A stretch of DNA of 64,000 nt from Thermoanaerobaculia bacterium (lineage in GTDB: Bacteria > Acidobacteriota > Thermoanaerobaculia > Multivoradales > J023). Both the position numbers and the translations under genes were made by a program. The notes beneath the pieces were generated by a model. It searched no databases, had not been told where the DNA came from, and worked only from the letters and a program-made list of their open reading frames with translations. This document shows positions 1-8,998 of the stretch, in pieces. Each line of letters opens with the position of its first letter. Position 1 is the stretch's first letter. The DNA lies in the NCBI GenBank assembly GCA_036397835.1, contig DASWIG010000100.1, forward strand, positions 67-64,066, in the 5' to 3' direction.

Positions 1-1
1 G

Positions 2-193
2 TTGCTGGCCGTGGTCGCCTTCGCCTGGTCGCTGGACCGCTCGGCGGCGCTCGCCCAGCTCGCCAGCGGACGCCGGGGCGCCGCGTGGGAGATCCGACTC
101 CTCTACCTGTGGCTGCGCTACGTAATCCCGGTGGTGATGGTGGTGCTCGGCGTCTGGTGGCTCGCGACCGAGGTGCTCGGCGTCGCCGGGTAG
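2..193 (+). CDS. C-terminal fragment of a membrane protein; partial at window start
   Basis: Hydrophobic tail LLYLWLRYVIPVVMVVLGVWWLA then a stop; no N-terminus in window. Confidence 0.3.
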   Translation: MLAVVAFAWSLDRSAALAQLASGRRGAAWEIRLLYLWLRYVIPVVMVVLGVWWLATEVLGVAG

Positions 194-260
194 GCAGCCG
201 CGACGCCTGCCGATCCCGTGGAAGCCAGAGACCGACTACAATAGCCGGCGGAGGTGCGGT

Positions 261-536
261 GTGACCAAGGACTTCAACGTCATCATCGAGCGGGACACTG
301 AAGGCTACTACGTCGCCTCGGTGCCGGCCCTTCGCGGCTGCCATACCCAGGCCAGATCACTCGATACGCTCATGGAGCGGGTCCGAGAGGTTGTCGAGCT
401 CTGCCTCGATGACGAGGACGAAGAGACGGAACCCCTCGAGCTCGTCGGCGTTCAGAGACTCAGCTTTGCGGGGGCGCCAGAGGAGGAGCCGGAAGCGAGG
501 ATCAGGGGAGCGTCGGAGGGCTTGTGCAGTGCCTGA
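261..536 (+). CDS. hicB: HicB-like (UPF0150) type II antitoxin; no hicA partner is visible
   Basis: DFNVIIERDTEGYYVASVPALRGCHTQARSLDTLMERVREVVELCLDD matches the HicB/UPF0150 N-terminal fold; acidic tail. Confidence 0.55.
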   Translation: MTKDFNVIIERDTEGYYVASVPALRGCHTQARSLDTLMERVREVVELCLDDEDEETEPLELVGVQRLSFAGAPEEEPEARIRGASEGLCSA

Positions 537-559
537 TGATACCTCACCCAACTGCACGA

Positions 560-824
560 GCGGCTCCCCGTCGGGGACGCGCAAAGGTTGCGGCAGGTAG
601 GGATCGAGCTCCCCGGGCTCGAAGCGGCACAGCCCGATCGAGTGCCAGAACGCGCCCGCCGTCTCGCCGCCCAGGCGGTAGCGTCCGTCGGGGGTGAAGG
701 CGACCCAGCCTTCAGGCAATCCGGCGAGGATCATCAGGCAGCGGCAGGTGGCGACGGCCCAGACGCGGATGGTGCCGTCTTGGGAGGCGGAGGCGAGGAG
801 CCGGCCGCCCGGGCTGAACGCCAC
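560..824 (-). pseudogene. WD40-repeat gene remnant (C-terminal repeats only)
   Basis: Translation FSPGGRLLASASQDGTIRVWAV...FTPDGRY...AFWHSIG has WD40 signatures, but there is no plausible N-terminus and it runs into the hicB-like ORF. Confidence 0.4.
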
Positions 825-879
825 GCTCCAAACCCCGGCCCCATGACCCTCGAGCGTGCCCTGCGCGGCGCCCGTGGAC

Positions 880-1100
880 GTTCGACCCGGGCGCCAGCGC
901 CCTCTCGCAGCTCGCAGACCCTGGCGACGCGGGCAAGGAAATCGTCGCGCGTTTCACCGTCGAAGCGGACATCGTCGAGGTCAAGCCTAGGCTGGGGGAG
1001 GCGCAACTGCGCTGGTTCGCCGAACGTCTCGAGCGCTTTCGGGACGAAGGATGGCTGCGCATCGCAGCGGTCCATCACAACGTCGTCAGCCGTGGTGGTC
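880..1100 (+). pseudogene. Metallophosphoesterase (calcineurin-like) gene remnant
   Basis: Frame gives ...EAQLRWFAERLERFRDEGWLRIAAVHHNVV (typical metallophosphatase C-terminal block) with no start and no N-terminal metal-binding motifs. Confidence 0.3.
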
Positions 1101-1221
1101 CCGGTCGTGGCGTTCGGCCATCGTCGAGGGGCTCGGCAACGTCCGGCGCTTCCCCGGCGGACGCGCCCTGGGGTGGCTGCTCTTCTTCGTGTTCAGATTG
1201 CGCTTGCCGCTTTCCATCACG

Positions 1222-1660
1222 GATGACGGCAAGCTACGGCTCGGCTTGCCGTTATAGCACGATTTTGACGGCAAGCACGAGATCTGCTTGACGATACCGA
1301 CGGATAATTACGGCAAGCATACACTGTGATTGACGGTATTCATCGCAGTGAACGGCAAGCACGAGCTATGCTTGTCGATATCTATCGTAGATTACGTCAA
1401 GCGCAAGATGTGCTTGACGGTATCTTTAGCCGGTAGTGTCTAGCACAAGTTGTGCTTGCCGATACCTTCTTCTGATAGCGTCAAGCACAAGCTGTGCTTG
1501 CCGGTTTCTATAGCAGATAGCGTCAAGTGCAGTTTGTGCTTGCCGGTATTCTTAGCCGGTAGCGGCAAGCACGATCAATGCTTGCTGGTATTTTTCTCTG
1601 ATAACGGCAAGCACAATCGATGCTTGCCGTCATCCCGCGCCGATGACGGCAAGCAGACTA
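1222..1660. repeat. Tandem array of about 11 units of a ~42-bp repeat, each carrying an imperfect palindrome GGCAAGCAC-N6-GTGCTTGCC plus a semi-conserved ~19-bp linker (GGTATxCTTAGCCGGTAGC)
   Basis: Seen directly: units centred near 1238, 1280, 1322, 1363, 1407, 1450, 1492, 1534, 1575, 1617, 1652; GC about 50% against 70% in the flanks. Confidence 0.85.
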
Positions 1661-2344
1661 CTAGGACGACTTCTTCGGCCGCCTTCTCTTGCCTCCCATC
1701 TCGCGGATCTCTTTCTCTCGGCTCGCGCGGCCTTTCCGGTAGTAGTACTCGAGGGAGCGCGCGCGGTTGCCGCAGACGGTGGAGCAGAACAAGCGCTTGC
1801 GCGAGCCGCTGGCGACGAGGAAATACAGAGCGCATTCCTTGGCGGCGCACTGACGCACGTGGGGATGCCCGGTGATCGCCACCAGGGTCTCGAGCGCCGA
1901 GTAGGCGACGGGCCAGAGCATGCGGTCGAGGGCGTCGTCGTCTCCGCTCCAGCCCACGGCCACTCCCGAGTCCTGGGGCACGAGACGCAGGACCGGCATC
2001 GCCCCGGCGACGGCCGCGTTGACGGTCCCGAGGTCCGTGTCGTCCGGATTCTGGTCCTTGAGGGTGGCGAGGAAGATGCGGGCCAGGGCGTAGCGCAGCT
2101 TCGCGGCCCTCGTGTAGACCGCTTCCGCGTCCTCGGGACGCTCGGCCGCCAGCCGCCGCAGCCGCTCGGCCTCGTTGGTCGACAGGACGCCGGCCTGCTG
2201 TGCCCAGGTCACCAGCTCGGCGTAGCTCTTGGCGCCCTGCTGGCGATTGTTGTCCCGAGCGCCGGCGGTATTGACGAAGGCGACGCAAAGCGCGCCGGCG
2301 AGCTCCAGTTGGGGGTCCCGGGGCGGAGGCTTTCTCCTTGCCAT
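1661..2344 (-). CDS. ABATE-domain / CGNR zinc-finger protein
   Basis: C-terminal CAAKECALYFLVASGSRKRLFCSTVCGNRARSLEYY matches the CGNR zinc finger (C-x-x-C ... C-G-N-R); ATG at 2344. Confidence 0.75.
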   Translation of the reverse strand: MARRKPPPRDPQLELAGALCVAFVNTAGARDNNRQQGAKSYAELVTWAQQAGVLSTNEAERLRRLAAERPEDAEAVYTRAAKLRYALARIFLATLKDQNPDDTDLGTVNAAVAGAMPVLRLVPQDSGVAVGWSGDDDALDRMLWPVAYSALETLVAITGHPHVRQCAAKECALYFLVASGSRKRLFCSTVCGNRARSLEYYYRKGRASREKEIREMGGKRRRPKKSS

Positions 2345-2404
2345 GGAGGCTTTCTAGCACACGGACCGCCCGGATGCTCGCCGACGTCGTCGCCTGCCGC
2401 CAGC

Positions 2405-2890
2405 CTACCGGTATCGCCCCGCGGGAAACCTGTGGTGACCGCCGTAACGGCGCCAGAGCCCGTCGCCGTCGTAGTAGTCGACGAGGTCGTACATCAGCCG
2501 CTCGACGCGGTTGAAGTCACGGCGCACGGGGTGGACGGCGTGGAGATAGGTCATGGCGTGCCGGGCGTTGTTGAAAGCCTGGAACAGACGGATGAACTCC
2601 GGTTCGGTGTGGTACGGGGCCCGGTAACGACGTTCCACCTCGCGATGGAATTGACGCGCTCGCTGGTCGAGCGTGTGCAGCCGGCGCAGAGCGTCGTCTT
2701 CCGCGCGCGTGTTGTGGTGGGAGGAGCGTTCGGCGGCGACGTGGACGCGGTGGGCCGCGGTTTCGAGCTCGTGCGCGAGGATTGTCACTCGCCCCATCTG
2801 GCCAGGCGTCGGATGATTCGCCCAAACGGCTGTGGTCGCCACCAGGGCACCAAGAAGGGCTATCGGGAAAACGTGCTTGGTGTGCTTCAT
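2405..2890 (-). CDS. Hypothetical small secreted protein
   Basis: ATG start; N-terminal signal peptide MKHTKHVFPIALLGALVATTAVWA; His/Arg-rich mature part. Confidence 0.5.
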   Translation of the reverse strand: MKHTKHVFPIALLGALVATTAVWANHPTPGQMGRVTILAHELETAAHRVHVAAERSSHHNTRAEDDALRRLHTLDQRARQFHREVERRYRAPYHTEPEFIRLFQAFNNARHAMTYLHAVHPVRRDFNRVERLMYDLVDYYDGDGLWRRYGGHHRFPAGRYR

Positions 2891-3067
2891 GGGTTGTCTC
2901 CTTTCGGTCGACCTTCGACCTGTCGTCAGACTTGAAGTGCAAGGGCCGTACCGGTCCCAAAGGCCCGTGTTCTCGTGCTTCCGCGGAGAGAACGTCCTCT
3001 ATTGGGGACGTCTTTCGCCTGCCCTACGTGCCTGCTAGGATGCCCGCGGAAGCTGGGGCTGCTTGGG

Positions 3068-3931
3068 ATGAAGACCTACCACGACATCGCGGGCGACGGC
3101 GGCTCGAACGTGGCCGCCCAGGTCGAGGCCCAGGGCCAGGCGATCGCCCTGGCGTTGGCCGGCGTGCGCCGGGTGGTGGCGGTCGCCTCGGGCAAGGGCG
3201 GGGTGGGCAAGAGCACGCTGACGATGGCGCTGGCCCGCGCCTGGCGCCGCGACGGCCGCCGCGTCGCCGTGCTCGACGCCGACTTCAACGGCCCCTGCCA
3301 GGCCGCGATGGCCGGCCTCGCCGGCGTCCCCTGGCTGCCCGGCGAGCGCGGTCTGGCGCTGCCGAATAGCCGCGACGGCATCGGCGTGGTGTCGCTGGGC
3401 AGCGTGCTCGAAGACGGGCGGCCGGTCGAGATCGCCAGCGTGGCGCCGGACGAGGAGCAGGTGTGGCGCGCCACCCGCGAGATCGCGACCCTGCGCCAGC
3501 TCCTGGCCACCGTCGAATGGGGCGAGCTCGACGCGCTCGTCGTCGACCTGCCGCCGGGCACCGAGCGCACGGTGCAGCTCGCCCAGGTCCTCGGCGTGCT
3601 GCCGGTCGCCGTCGCCTTCGCGCTCGTCACCATCCCGTCGGACCTCTCGCGCGGCGTGGTGGCGCGCTCGGCGGCGGCGCTCGCCGCGCACGGCGTGCGG
3701 GTGGTGGGCTATCTCGAGAACATGGACGGCTACCTGTGCCGCGGCTGCGGCGAGGTGCGGCCGCTCTTCCCGCACTCGGCCGTCGAGCTCGACTTGCCGT
3801 GCCTGGGGCGCATCCCCTTCGACCCGGCCCTCGCCGAGCTCGGCGGCGGCCGGACGGACGACGGCGCGCCGCCCTCGGCGGCGATCCGGGCCGCCGCCCG
3901 CACGATCTACGACCGACTGGAGACGTCATGA
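3068..3931 (+). CDS. mrp: Mrp/NBP35 (ApbC) family Fe-S cluster carrier ATPase
   Basis: VAVASGKGGVGKST deviant Walker A, then DADFNGP, and a CxxC (CRGCGE) near the C-terminus; ATG at 3068. Confidence 0.85.
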   Translation: MKTYHDIAGDGGSNVAAQVEAQGQAIALALAGVRRVVAVASGKGGVGKSTLTMALARAWRRDGRRVAVLDADFNGPCQAAMAGLAGVPWLPGERGLALPNSRDGIGVVSLGSVLEDGRPVEIASVAPDEEQVWRATREIATLRQLLATVEWGELDALVVDLPPGTERTVQLAQVLGVLPVAVAFALVTIPSDLSRGVVARSAAALAAHGVRVVGYLENMDGYLCRGCGEVRPLFPHSAVELDLPCLGRIPFDPALAELGGGRTDDGAPPSAAIRAAARTIYDRLETS

Positions 3932-4353
3932 AGTTCCTCTGCGTGAGCTGCGACGAGCCGATGAAGCTGGAGCAGGCCGGACCGCCCGACGACGGCGGCT
4001 CGATCACCGCGCTCTACGCCTGTCCGACCTGCTCGCACCGGATCGCGATGCTGACCAACCCCTACGAGACGCAGCTCGTGCAGTCGCTGGGGGTGAAGAT
4101 CGGCCCCGCGGCACAGGGGGCGGCGCAGCCGGCGGCGAGCGGGTGCCCGTTCTCGGGCATGCTCGGCGAGGTGCAGGCGGCGGCGGACGCCGGCGTCGCC
4201 TGGACGCCCGAGGCCCTGGCGCGGCTCGAGAACATCCCCGAGTTCGTGCGTCCGATGGCGCGCCAGGGCATCGAGCACTACGCCCGCTCCCACGGCCACG
4301 CCACGATCGACGACGCGGTGATGGAAGAGGCGCGGGGCCGCTTCGGGATGTAG
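3928..4353 (+). CDS. Small Zn-ribbon protein with PCP_red-like (protochlorophyllide reductase subunit C-terminal-like) domain
   Basis: N-terminal CVSCDE...CPTCSH (four Cys); C-terminal W-TPEALARLENIPEFVRPMARQGIEHYARSHGHATI; ATGA start/stop overlap with mrp. Confidence 0.55.
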   Translation: MKFLCVSCDEPMKLEQAGPPDDGGSITALYACPTCSHRIAMLTNPYETQLVQSLGVKIGPAAQGAAQPAASGCPFSGMLGEVQAAADAGVAWTPEALARLENIPEFVRPMARQGIEHYARSHGHATIDDAVMEEARGRFGM

Positions 4354-4358
4354 GGCGC

Positions 4359-4997
4359 CTAACCGTCGCCGGCCCGGCCGACGACGCGTTCGGTGAGCTT
4401 GGCGAGGGCCTCTTCCTTGCGCGCCAGCTCTTCCTTGACCGCGGCCAGCTCGGCGCCCTGGGCGGCGAGCCGGCGCTCGGCCGCGGCGAGCTTCTCGGCC
4501 AGAGTCTCGGCCTTGGCGGCGAGCGTGTCGTGGGACTCGCCGGTGGCGGCGGCGGCGGCCCGCAGCTCCAGGCGCTGGCGCTCGAGCTCGGAGGCCCGCG
4601 CCGCGGCACGGTCGGCGGCGGCGGCGAGGCTCTCGAAGGCGAGGATCTCCAGGCGGCGGGGATGGAGCCGGTAGGAGGCGACGAGCTCGGCGAGAAGCTC
4701 GCGTCCGCGCAGGGGGTCGTAGTGGCCCGACTCCGCGGCGAAGGCCGCGACGGCCACCGCGAAGAGGGCGCCGGCGCGCTCCGGCGCTCCCGGCTCGGTG
4801 GCGGCGAGCACGCTCTCGTAGATCTCCAGGGCGGCCTCTGTCCTGCCGTTGTTCCAGTACGTGTCGGCGTTCTTGAGGGCCTTTCGCGACGGCTGCCCGG
4901 CGGCGGCCACGGTGCCGTGCAACGGGACGACGACGGGCATGACGAGCCCGGCGGCGAGCGCGACGGCACCGATCAGGGCGATCCGGTTGGTTCTCAT
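4359..4997 (-). CDS. Secreted protein with a C-terminal coiled coil (hypothetical)
   Basis: ATG at 4997; signal peptide MRTNRIALIGAVALAAGLVMPVV; Ala/Glu/Leu-rich heptad-like C-terminus (ELERQRLELRAAAAATGES...). Confidence 0.5.
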   Translation of the reverse strand: MRTNRIALIGAVALAAGLVMPVVVPLHGTVAAAGQPSRKALKNADTYWNNGRTEAALEIYESVLAATEPGAPERAGALFAVAVAAFAAESGHYDPLRGRELLAELVASYRLHPRRLEILAFESLAAAADRAAARASELERQRLELRAAAAATGESHDTLAAKAETLAEKLAAAERRLAAQGAELAAVKEELARKEEALAKLTERVVGRAGDG

Positions 4998-5063
4998 GAC
5001 AACACCTCGCTTGACGACGTCGGCAGTTCTACCAGAGCCGCGCGAAGGCTTCAACCGGCCGAT

Positions 5064-5240
5064 CACGGCGGCGACTCCCCCTCTTCCCGCCGCAGCCAGG
5101 CCTCCAGGGCCTCGAGGGTGATCTTGTGCAGCGACTTGTGGCCCTTGCGGCGCATCGCCGTCCGCAACCGCTCGCCGAGCTCCGGCGGCAGGTCGACGGT
5201 CAGGATCGTGGTGGTCCGCGGGTTGTCGTCGTCGATCATG
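5064..5240 (-). CDS. Ribbon-helix-helix (CopG/Arc-like) small DNA-binding protein; not in the ORF track (58 aa)
   Basis: Own translation MIDDDNPRTTTILTVDLPPELGERLRTAMRRKGHKSLHKITLEALEAWLRREEGESPP: N-terminal beta strand plus two helices typical of RHH proteins. Confidence 0.45.
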
Positions 5241-5441
5241 GGATTCCCGATATGCTCCGAGGCGGAAAGATGTTAGCGCCTCAGCCGGCCGGGATCCAGC
5301 AAATCCTCGAAGGGCCTCGGCAAATCCTCGGCATACCCTCCGGCGGCGGCCATGTCCGCGCTCCGGGAGCCGCCGGGGCCTGGCGCTCAAAGTATTGGAA
5401 TAGAAACACTTGGCAGTGCCGCGGCCATTCCTCGCCGAGAT

Positions 5442-5457
5442 TGGCACGCGTCCTGCA
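5442..5457 (+). promoter_or_regulatory. Sigma54-type -24/-12 promoter (TGGCACG-N4-CTGCA) about 75 bp upstream of the first pilin gene
   Basis: tTGGCACgcgtccTGCAt: GG and GC spaced 10 nt as in the RpoN consensus TGGCAC-N5-TTGCA; a sigma54 activator is encoded at 16771. Confidence 0.5.
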
Positions 5458-5532
5458 TCTCCGCCAGGACGACGGCGAAGATTCACCGCGCCCCCGCGGT
5501 ACCCGACACCGGCGATCGGAGGTCGACGGAGC

Positions 5533-6255
5533 ATGAGACGACGAGACATCGCTAAGCGCACGAGCTCGGGATTCACCCTCATCGAGGCCCTGGTGGTGGT
5601 GGCCATCGTGGGTCTGATCGGGGCGCTCGTCTTCGAGACCATGACGGCTTACGTGCCGCGCTTTCGCTTGCGCCACGCCGCATCGGAAATGTCGATGCTG
5701 ATCAGCAAGGCCCGGCTGGAGGCGATCCGCCGCAGCGTCACCACGGTGGTGGCGGTCGACTATAGCGACCGCACGGTCTCCGCGTTCGCCGAGCTGAACG
5801 GCAATCCCAACGACCCCGAGAGGGCCGGCGCGCTCTATCTGGTCTACGATCCCGATCCCTTGGCGGAGCCGGACCGCACCGACTACCGGATCAGCCTCAT
5901 GACGCTGCCGGGCCCTCCCGAGGCCGGCGTCCAAATCGGCGGCCCCGTCGACGGCATCGAGGGCGCGGACGCACTGGTGGGACTGACTCCGACGCCCGGT
6001 GCCCTGGCGAACACGCCGAAGGTGCTCGTCTTCCATCCGAACGGCGCCGTCGACGCCCCGGGCGCGTTCCGTTTCACCGACAACCGGCAGACGAACTTCC
6101 TCGAGACGACGATCACCACCCTCACCGGCAAGACCGAGATCCGAAAGTACCTCCTGGCCGACGATTCGCCCACCAGCGTCGCGGGCTTCTTTCCCGAAGG
6201 CAACGTGTCGTTCGAGCCTGGCAGTGTGGGCCAGATCGCGTGGACCTGGTATTGA
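5533..6255 (+). CDS. Type IV pilin-like / GspH-FimT family minor pilin
   Basis: Start MRRRDIAKRTSSG^FTLIEALVVVAIVGLIGALVF: prepilin peptidase motif G/FTLIE with hydrophobic N-terminal helix; ATG at 5533 (the listed 5410 start is an extension). Confidence 0.75.
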   Translation: MRRRDIAKRTSSGFTLIEALVVVAIVGLIGALVFETMTAYVPRFRLRHAASEMSMLISKARLEAIRRSVTTVVAVDYSDRTVSAFAELNGNPNDPERAGALYLVYDPDPLAEPDRTDYRISLMTLPGPPEAGVQIGGPVDGIEGADALVGLTPTPGALANTPKVLVFHPNGAVDAPGAFRFTDNRQTNFLETTITTLTGKTEIRKYLLADDSPTSVAGFFPEGNVSFEPGSVGQIAWTWY

Positions 6256-6302
6256 TGGGTGACCCGGACGTCAGTCAGGACGGAGTGCGAGGTAACAGAA
6301 TC

Positions 6303-6986
6303 ATGAGCGCGTTTTCCATCCTACGAACGCGGTCCGGCGTGGCGGCCGGCCGAGGTCGCCGCGGTGAAGCCGGCACGTCGCTGGTGGAGACCCTGATCGC
6401 GGCGGGGATCCTGTTGGTGGTCGCGGTCAGCATCTTCCCGATGTTCCACCGCGCCGTGGCCAACAACGTCTCAGGCGGCGACTCCAGCCAGGCCACCCAG
6501 CACGGCCGCTCGCGGGTCGAAGGGCTGCTCGCCAGGTCGATCGACAACCTGATGTTCGACATGAAGAACCCGGCAGACCCCAACTACCTGATCGAGAGCG
6601 AAGGCTCCGGCAGCAGGATGACGATCGAAAACCTCAGCCAGTGGGACGATCAGGCCAAGGCCCAGCCGCCCGCGGATCCGGGCGATCTGATCCAGCACTT
6701 CGCAACCGGAGTCTGGGTTGGCAACGGCGGTCCAACCGTGGGCCTGGTGATCTGGGAGCGCACGACGGTGATTCGTCAGTACTCCTACGCCGACATCGGC
6801 GAGGGCGTGATCGACGTGAGCAACCCCGGCCAGATCGTCGCCGCCGGTCATCCCAATCGCTTCGACAGCCCGCTGGCGTCAGACGCCCCGACCTCCCAGA
6901 TCAACTTCCGCGAGCACGACGTGACCGTCAGCAGCCGGCGCGCCGGCGTGCCGCCCATGCGCGTCCGGCTCGTGCGCACCCACTGA
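6303..6986 (+). CDS. PilV-like minor pilin (prepilin-type N-terminal cleavage/methylation domain)
   Basis: ...GEAG^TSLVETLIAAGILLVVAVSIFPMF prepilin motif; start ambiguous (ATG 6303 gives a 24-aa leader; a GTG near 6339 gives about 12 aa). Confidence 0.65.
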   Translation: MSAFSILRTRSGVAAGRGRRGEAGTSLVETLIAAGILLVVAVSIFPMFHRAVANNVSGGDSSQATQHGRSRVEGLLARSIDNLMFDMKNPADPNYLIESEGSGSRMTIENLSQWDDQAKAQPPADPGDLIQHFATGVWVGNGGPTVGLVIWERTTVIRQYSYADIGEGVIDVSNPGQIVAAGHPNRFDSPLASDAPTSQINFREHDVTVSSRRAGVPPMRVRLVRTH

Positions 6987-7003
6987 CGAGGAGGTGGAAC
7001 GTG

Positions 7004-8335
7004 ATGCGACGAAATCCCCCTTCCGCCGGTTTCAGCCTGGCCGAGCTGATGGTGACCCTCGTGGTGATGGCCGTGGCCGTCGTGGGCGCGCTGACGTTCT
7101 TCGACATGTCGACCCGTCTGGCCCGCTCGCAGGTGCAGGTCGCCGGGCTCCAGGTTTCGCAGCGCGTCTCCCAGCACGAGATCGCGCGGATGGCGGCGAT
7201 GGCGGGCGTCGGCGGTCTGCCCGAGGGCATCCCGCCGGCAGTGGCCCAGGCCGCGGGCATCGGGACCGCCGGCGTCTTCCCCAACGGCCTGGCGGTGGCG
7301 ATGGACAACAACGTGGCGGAAGACACCGACCTCGGCGGCGGCGGCCCGGCGTTGCTGACGGTGGGGGACACGGACGTGCTCACCCTGCGCGGAGTCTTCA
7401 CGACGCCGGTCTACCACATCGAGCCCCAGGTGCCCCTCACGCTCGGCCCGGGGACGGGGAACATGGTCGTCACCCTGAGCACCGTCGTCGACGTGGGGGT
7501 CACCCAGGACCTCGACCCGTTGCGCCGGGCGCTCGACGTGAGCCCGCCGCGGACGGAAGCCATCATCGTCTACGACCGCTACAACCCCGATGCCTTCGCG
7601 GTGCTCGAGTACGTTCCCGGCAACTCGGTCCTCGGCGCCCTGGGCGCCCCGACGATGACCATCGGCCTGACCCTGGGCCCCGGCGGGACCTACAGCAACC
7701 AGTACGGGCAGATGGCGTTGGGCACCACGCTGCTCCAGGGCGCCGCCGGCCAGGCCTGGACTCTGCCGGGGGGGCTCACGGTCCAGCTTCCGGAAGAGAT
7801 CGGCGCCATCGGCCTGCTCGAGGAGTACCGTTTCTTCGTGCGCAAGGAGTACGAGCTGCCCGGCGTGCCGGAGAGCCGTCTGGCGCCGGTGCTCACCCGC
7901 GCCCGGTACTATCCCGGCACCGGCGTGATCCATCCCGCGGGCGCCCTCGCCCTCGCCGACAACGTGATCGACCTGCAACTGGCGCTGGCGGTCGACCAGC
8001 CGGTCGCCGGGGTCGGGATTCCCGACGGTCAGATCCTGGAGATCGGCCTGGCCGCCGACGACGACGAGATCCTCTACAACTTCGCCGGCGACGACGACGG
8101 CCTGGCGAGCATCGGCACCTCGATCTGGGCGAGCCCGGCTTCGCGGCTGCGTTTCCTGCGCATCAGCACGGTGGTCCAGGGCGACCGCACCGACCCCACC
8201 TTCCCGGGCGCCGTGGTCGACGTCGTCGAGGACCACGACTACGTCGCTTCGCCGTCGATCTTCAACGCCGGCGGTTACGCGAAGATCCGCAAGCGGCTCG
8301 TGTCTACCACGGTCGAAACGAGGAACCTGCCATGA
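7004..8335 (+). CDS. PilW-like minor pilin
   Basis: MRRNPPSAG^FSLAELMVTLVVMAVAVVGALTFF prepilin motif; belongs to the frame of listed ORF 6641..8335, whose N-terminal 120 aa are an artefact. Confidence 0.65.
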   Translation: MRRNPPSAGFSLAELMVTLVVMAVAVVGALTFFDMSTRLARSQVQVAGLQVSQRVSQHEIARMAAMAGVGGLPEGIPPAVAQAAGIGTAGVFPNGLAVAMDNNVAEDTDLGGGGPALLTVGDTDVLTLRGVFTTPVYHIEPQVPLTLGPGTGNMVVTLSTVVDVGVTQDLDPLRRALDVSPPRTEAIIVYDRYNPDAFAVLEYVPGNSVLGALGAPTMTIGLTLGPGGTYSNQYGQMALGTTLLQGAAGQAWTLPGGLTVQLPEEIGAIGLLEEYRFFVRKEYELPGVPESRLAPVLTRARYYPGTGVIHPAGALALADNVIDLQLALAVDQPVAGVGIPDGQILEIGLAADDDEILYNFAGDDDGLASIGTSIWASPASRLRFLRISTVVQGDRTDPTFPGAVVDVVEDHDYVASPSIFNAGGYAKIRKRLVSTTVETRNLP

Positions 8336-8940
8336 ACGGCCTGGCGAGAAACCAACACGGCAGCATGTTCATCATGGTGCTGCTGATCCTCCTGATCCTC
8401 ACCGCGGTGGCGCTCTCCCTGGTCTTCGTCACCGAGATCGAGATGCAGCTCGGCGGCACCGAGAGGGTGATGAACCTGACCTTCTTCGCGGCGGAGACGG
8501 GCGTCCACGCGGCGCTGGCCGGCGTGCCCAACCAGAACTGGGCGGGCGAGAAGCTCGTCTTTCCGGAGGGACCGGGCGGCGGCCCAGGCAGGCAGCTCGG
8601 CACCCGCGTGATCACCACCCGCGTGCGCACCGTGGGACCGCCGCAGCTTCCGCCGATGACGATCGCCAACGAGGGCGAGAACGACTACCACACCTTCGCC
8701 ACCTTCCTGCGCTCCACGGCCCAGCGCGTGAGCTGGCCGCAGACCGAGCAGGTGCCGATCTACGACGAGGGTGACCTGCGCGAGCTCGACGTGACCATCC
8801 AGTCGCAGCAGACCCTGGAGGTGCGCTACCTGCTCTCGCCGGTGAGGACGCCGCCGAGCCCCGAGCAGCCCTACAGCGACGAAACCGACCGGGGCTTCGG
8901 AGCGCCGCCGCCGCCCCCGCCTCCGCCGACCGTGCCCTGA
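8332..8940 (+). CDS. PilX-like minor pilin/pseudopilin with Pro-rich C-terminus
   Basis: MNGLARNQHGSMFIMVLLILLILTAVALSLVFVTEIEMQ resembles the PilX N-terminal domain; 4-bp overlap with the PilW-like gene; poly-Pro tail. Confidence 0.6.
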   Translation: MNGLARNQHGSMFIMVLLILLILTAVALSLVFVTEIEMQLGGTERVMNLTFFAAETGVHAALAGVPNQNWAGEKLVFPEGPGGGPGRQLGTRVITTRVRTVGPPQLPPMTIANEGENDYHTFATFLRSTAQRVSWPQTEQVPIYDEGDLRELDVTIQSQQTLEVRYLLSPVRTPPSPEQPYSDETDRGFGAPPPPPPPPTVP

Positions 8941-8998
8941 CGACCCGGTCCGGTCCGCCTGCGAACGCCGAAAAACCAATAAGAAGCCGGAGGCTCCG

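Noticed and set aside
1222-1660. CRISPR array interpretation of the 42-bp repeats (and of 23428-23812)
   Set aside because: The inter-palindrome segments are about 19 bp and mutually similar rather than unique 30-40-bp spacers. There are no cas genes in the window, and the units degrade gradually like a minisatellite.
1450-1875. ORF reading through the repeat array (..CLP..GKH.. 14-aa repeats)
   Set aside because: The periodic translation is a by-product of the 42-bp unit. There is no SD/start context and the codon usage is unlike neighbouring genes.
2975-3067. Extended N-terminus of mrp (listed start 2975)
   Set aside because: The extension is Cys/Leu-rich nonsense. The conserved Mrp N-terminus begins at MKTYHDI (ATG 3068).
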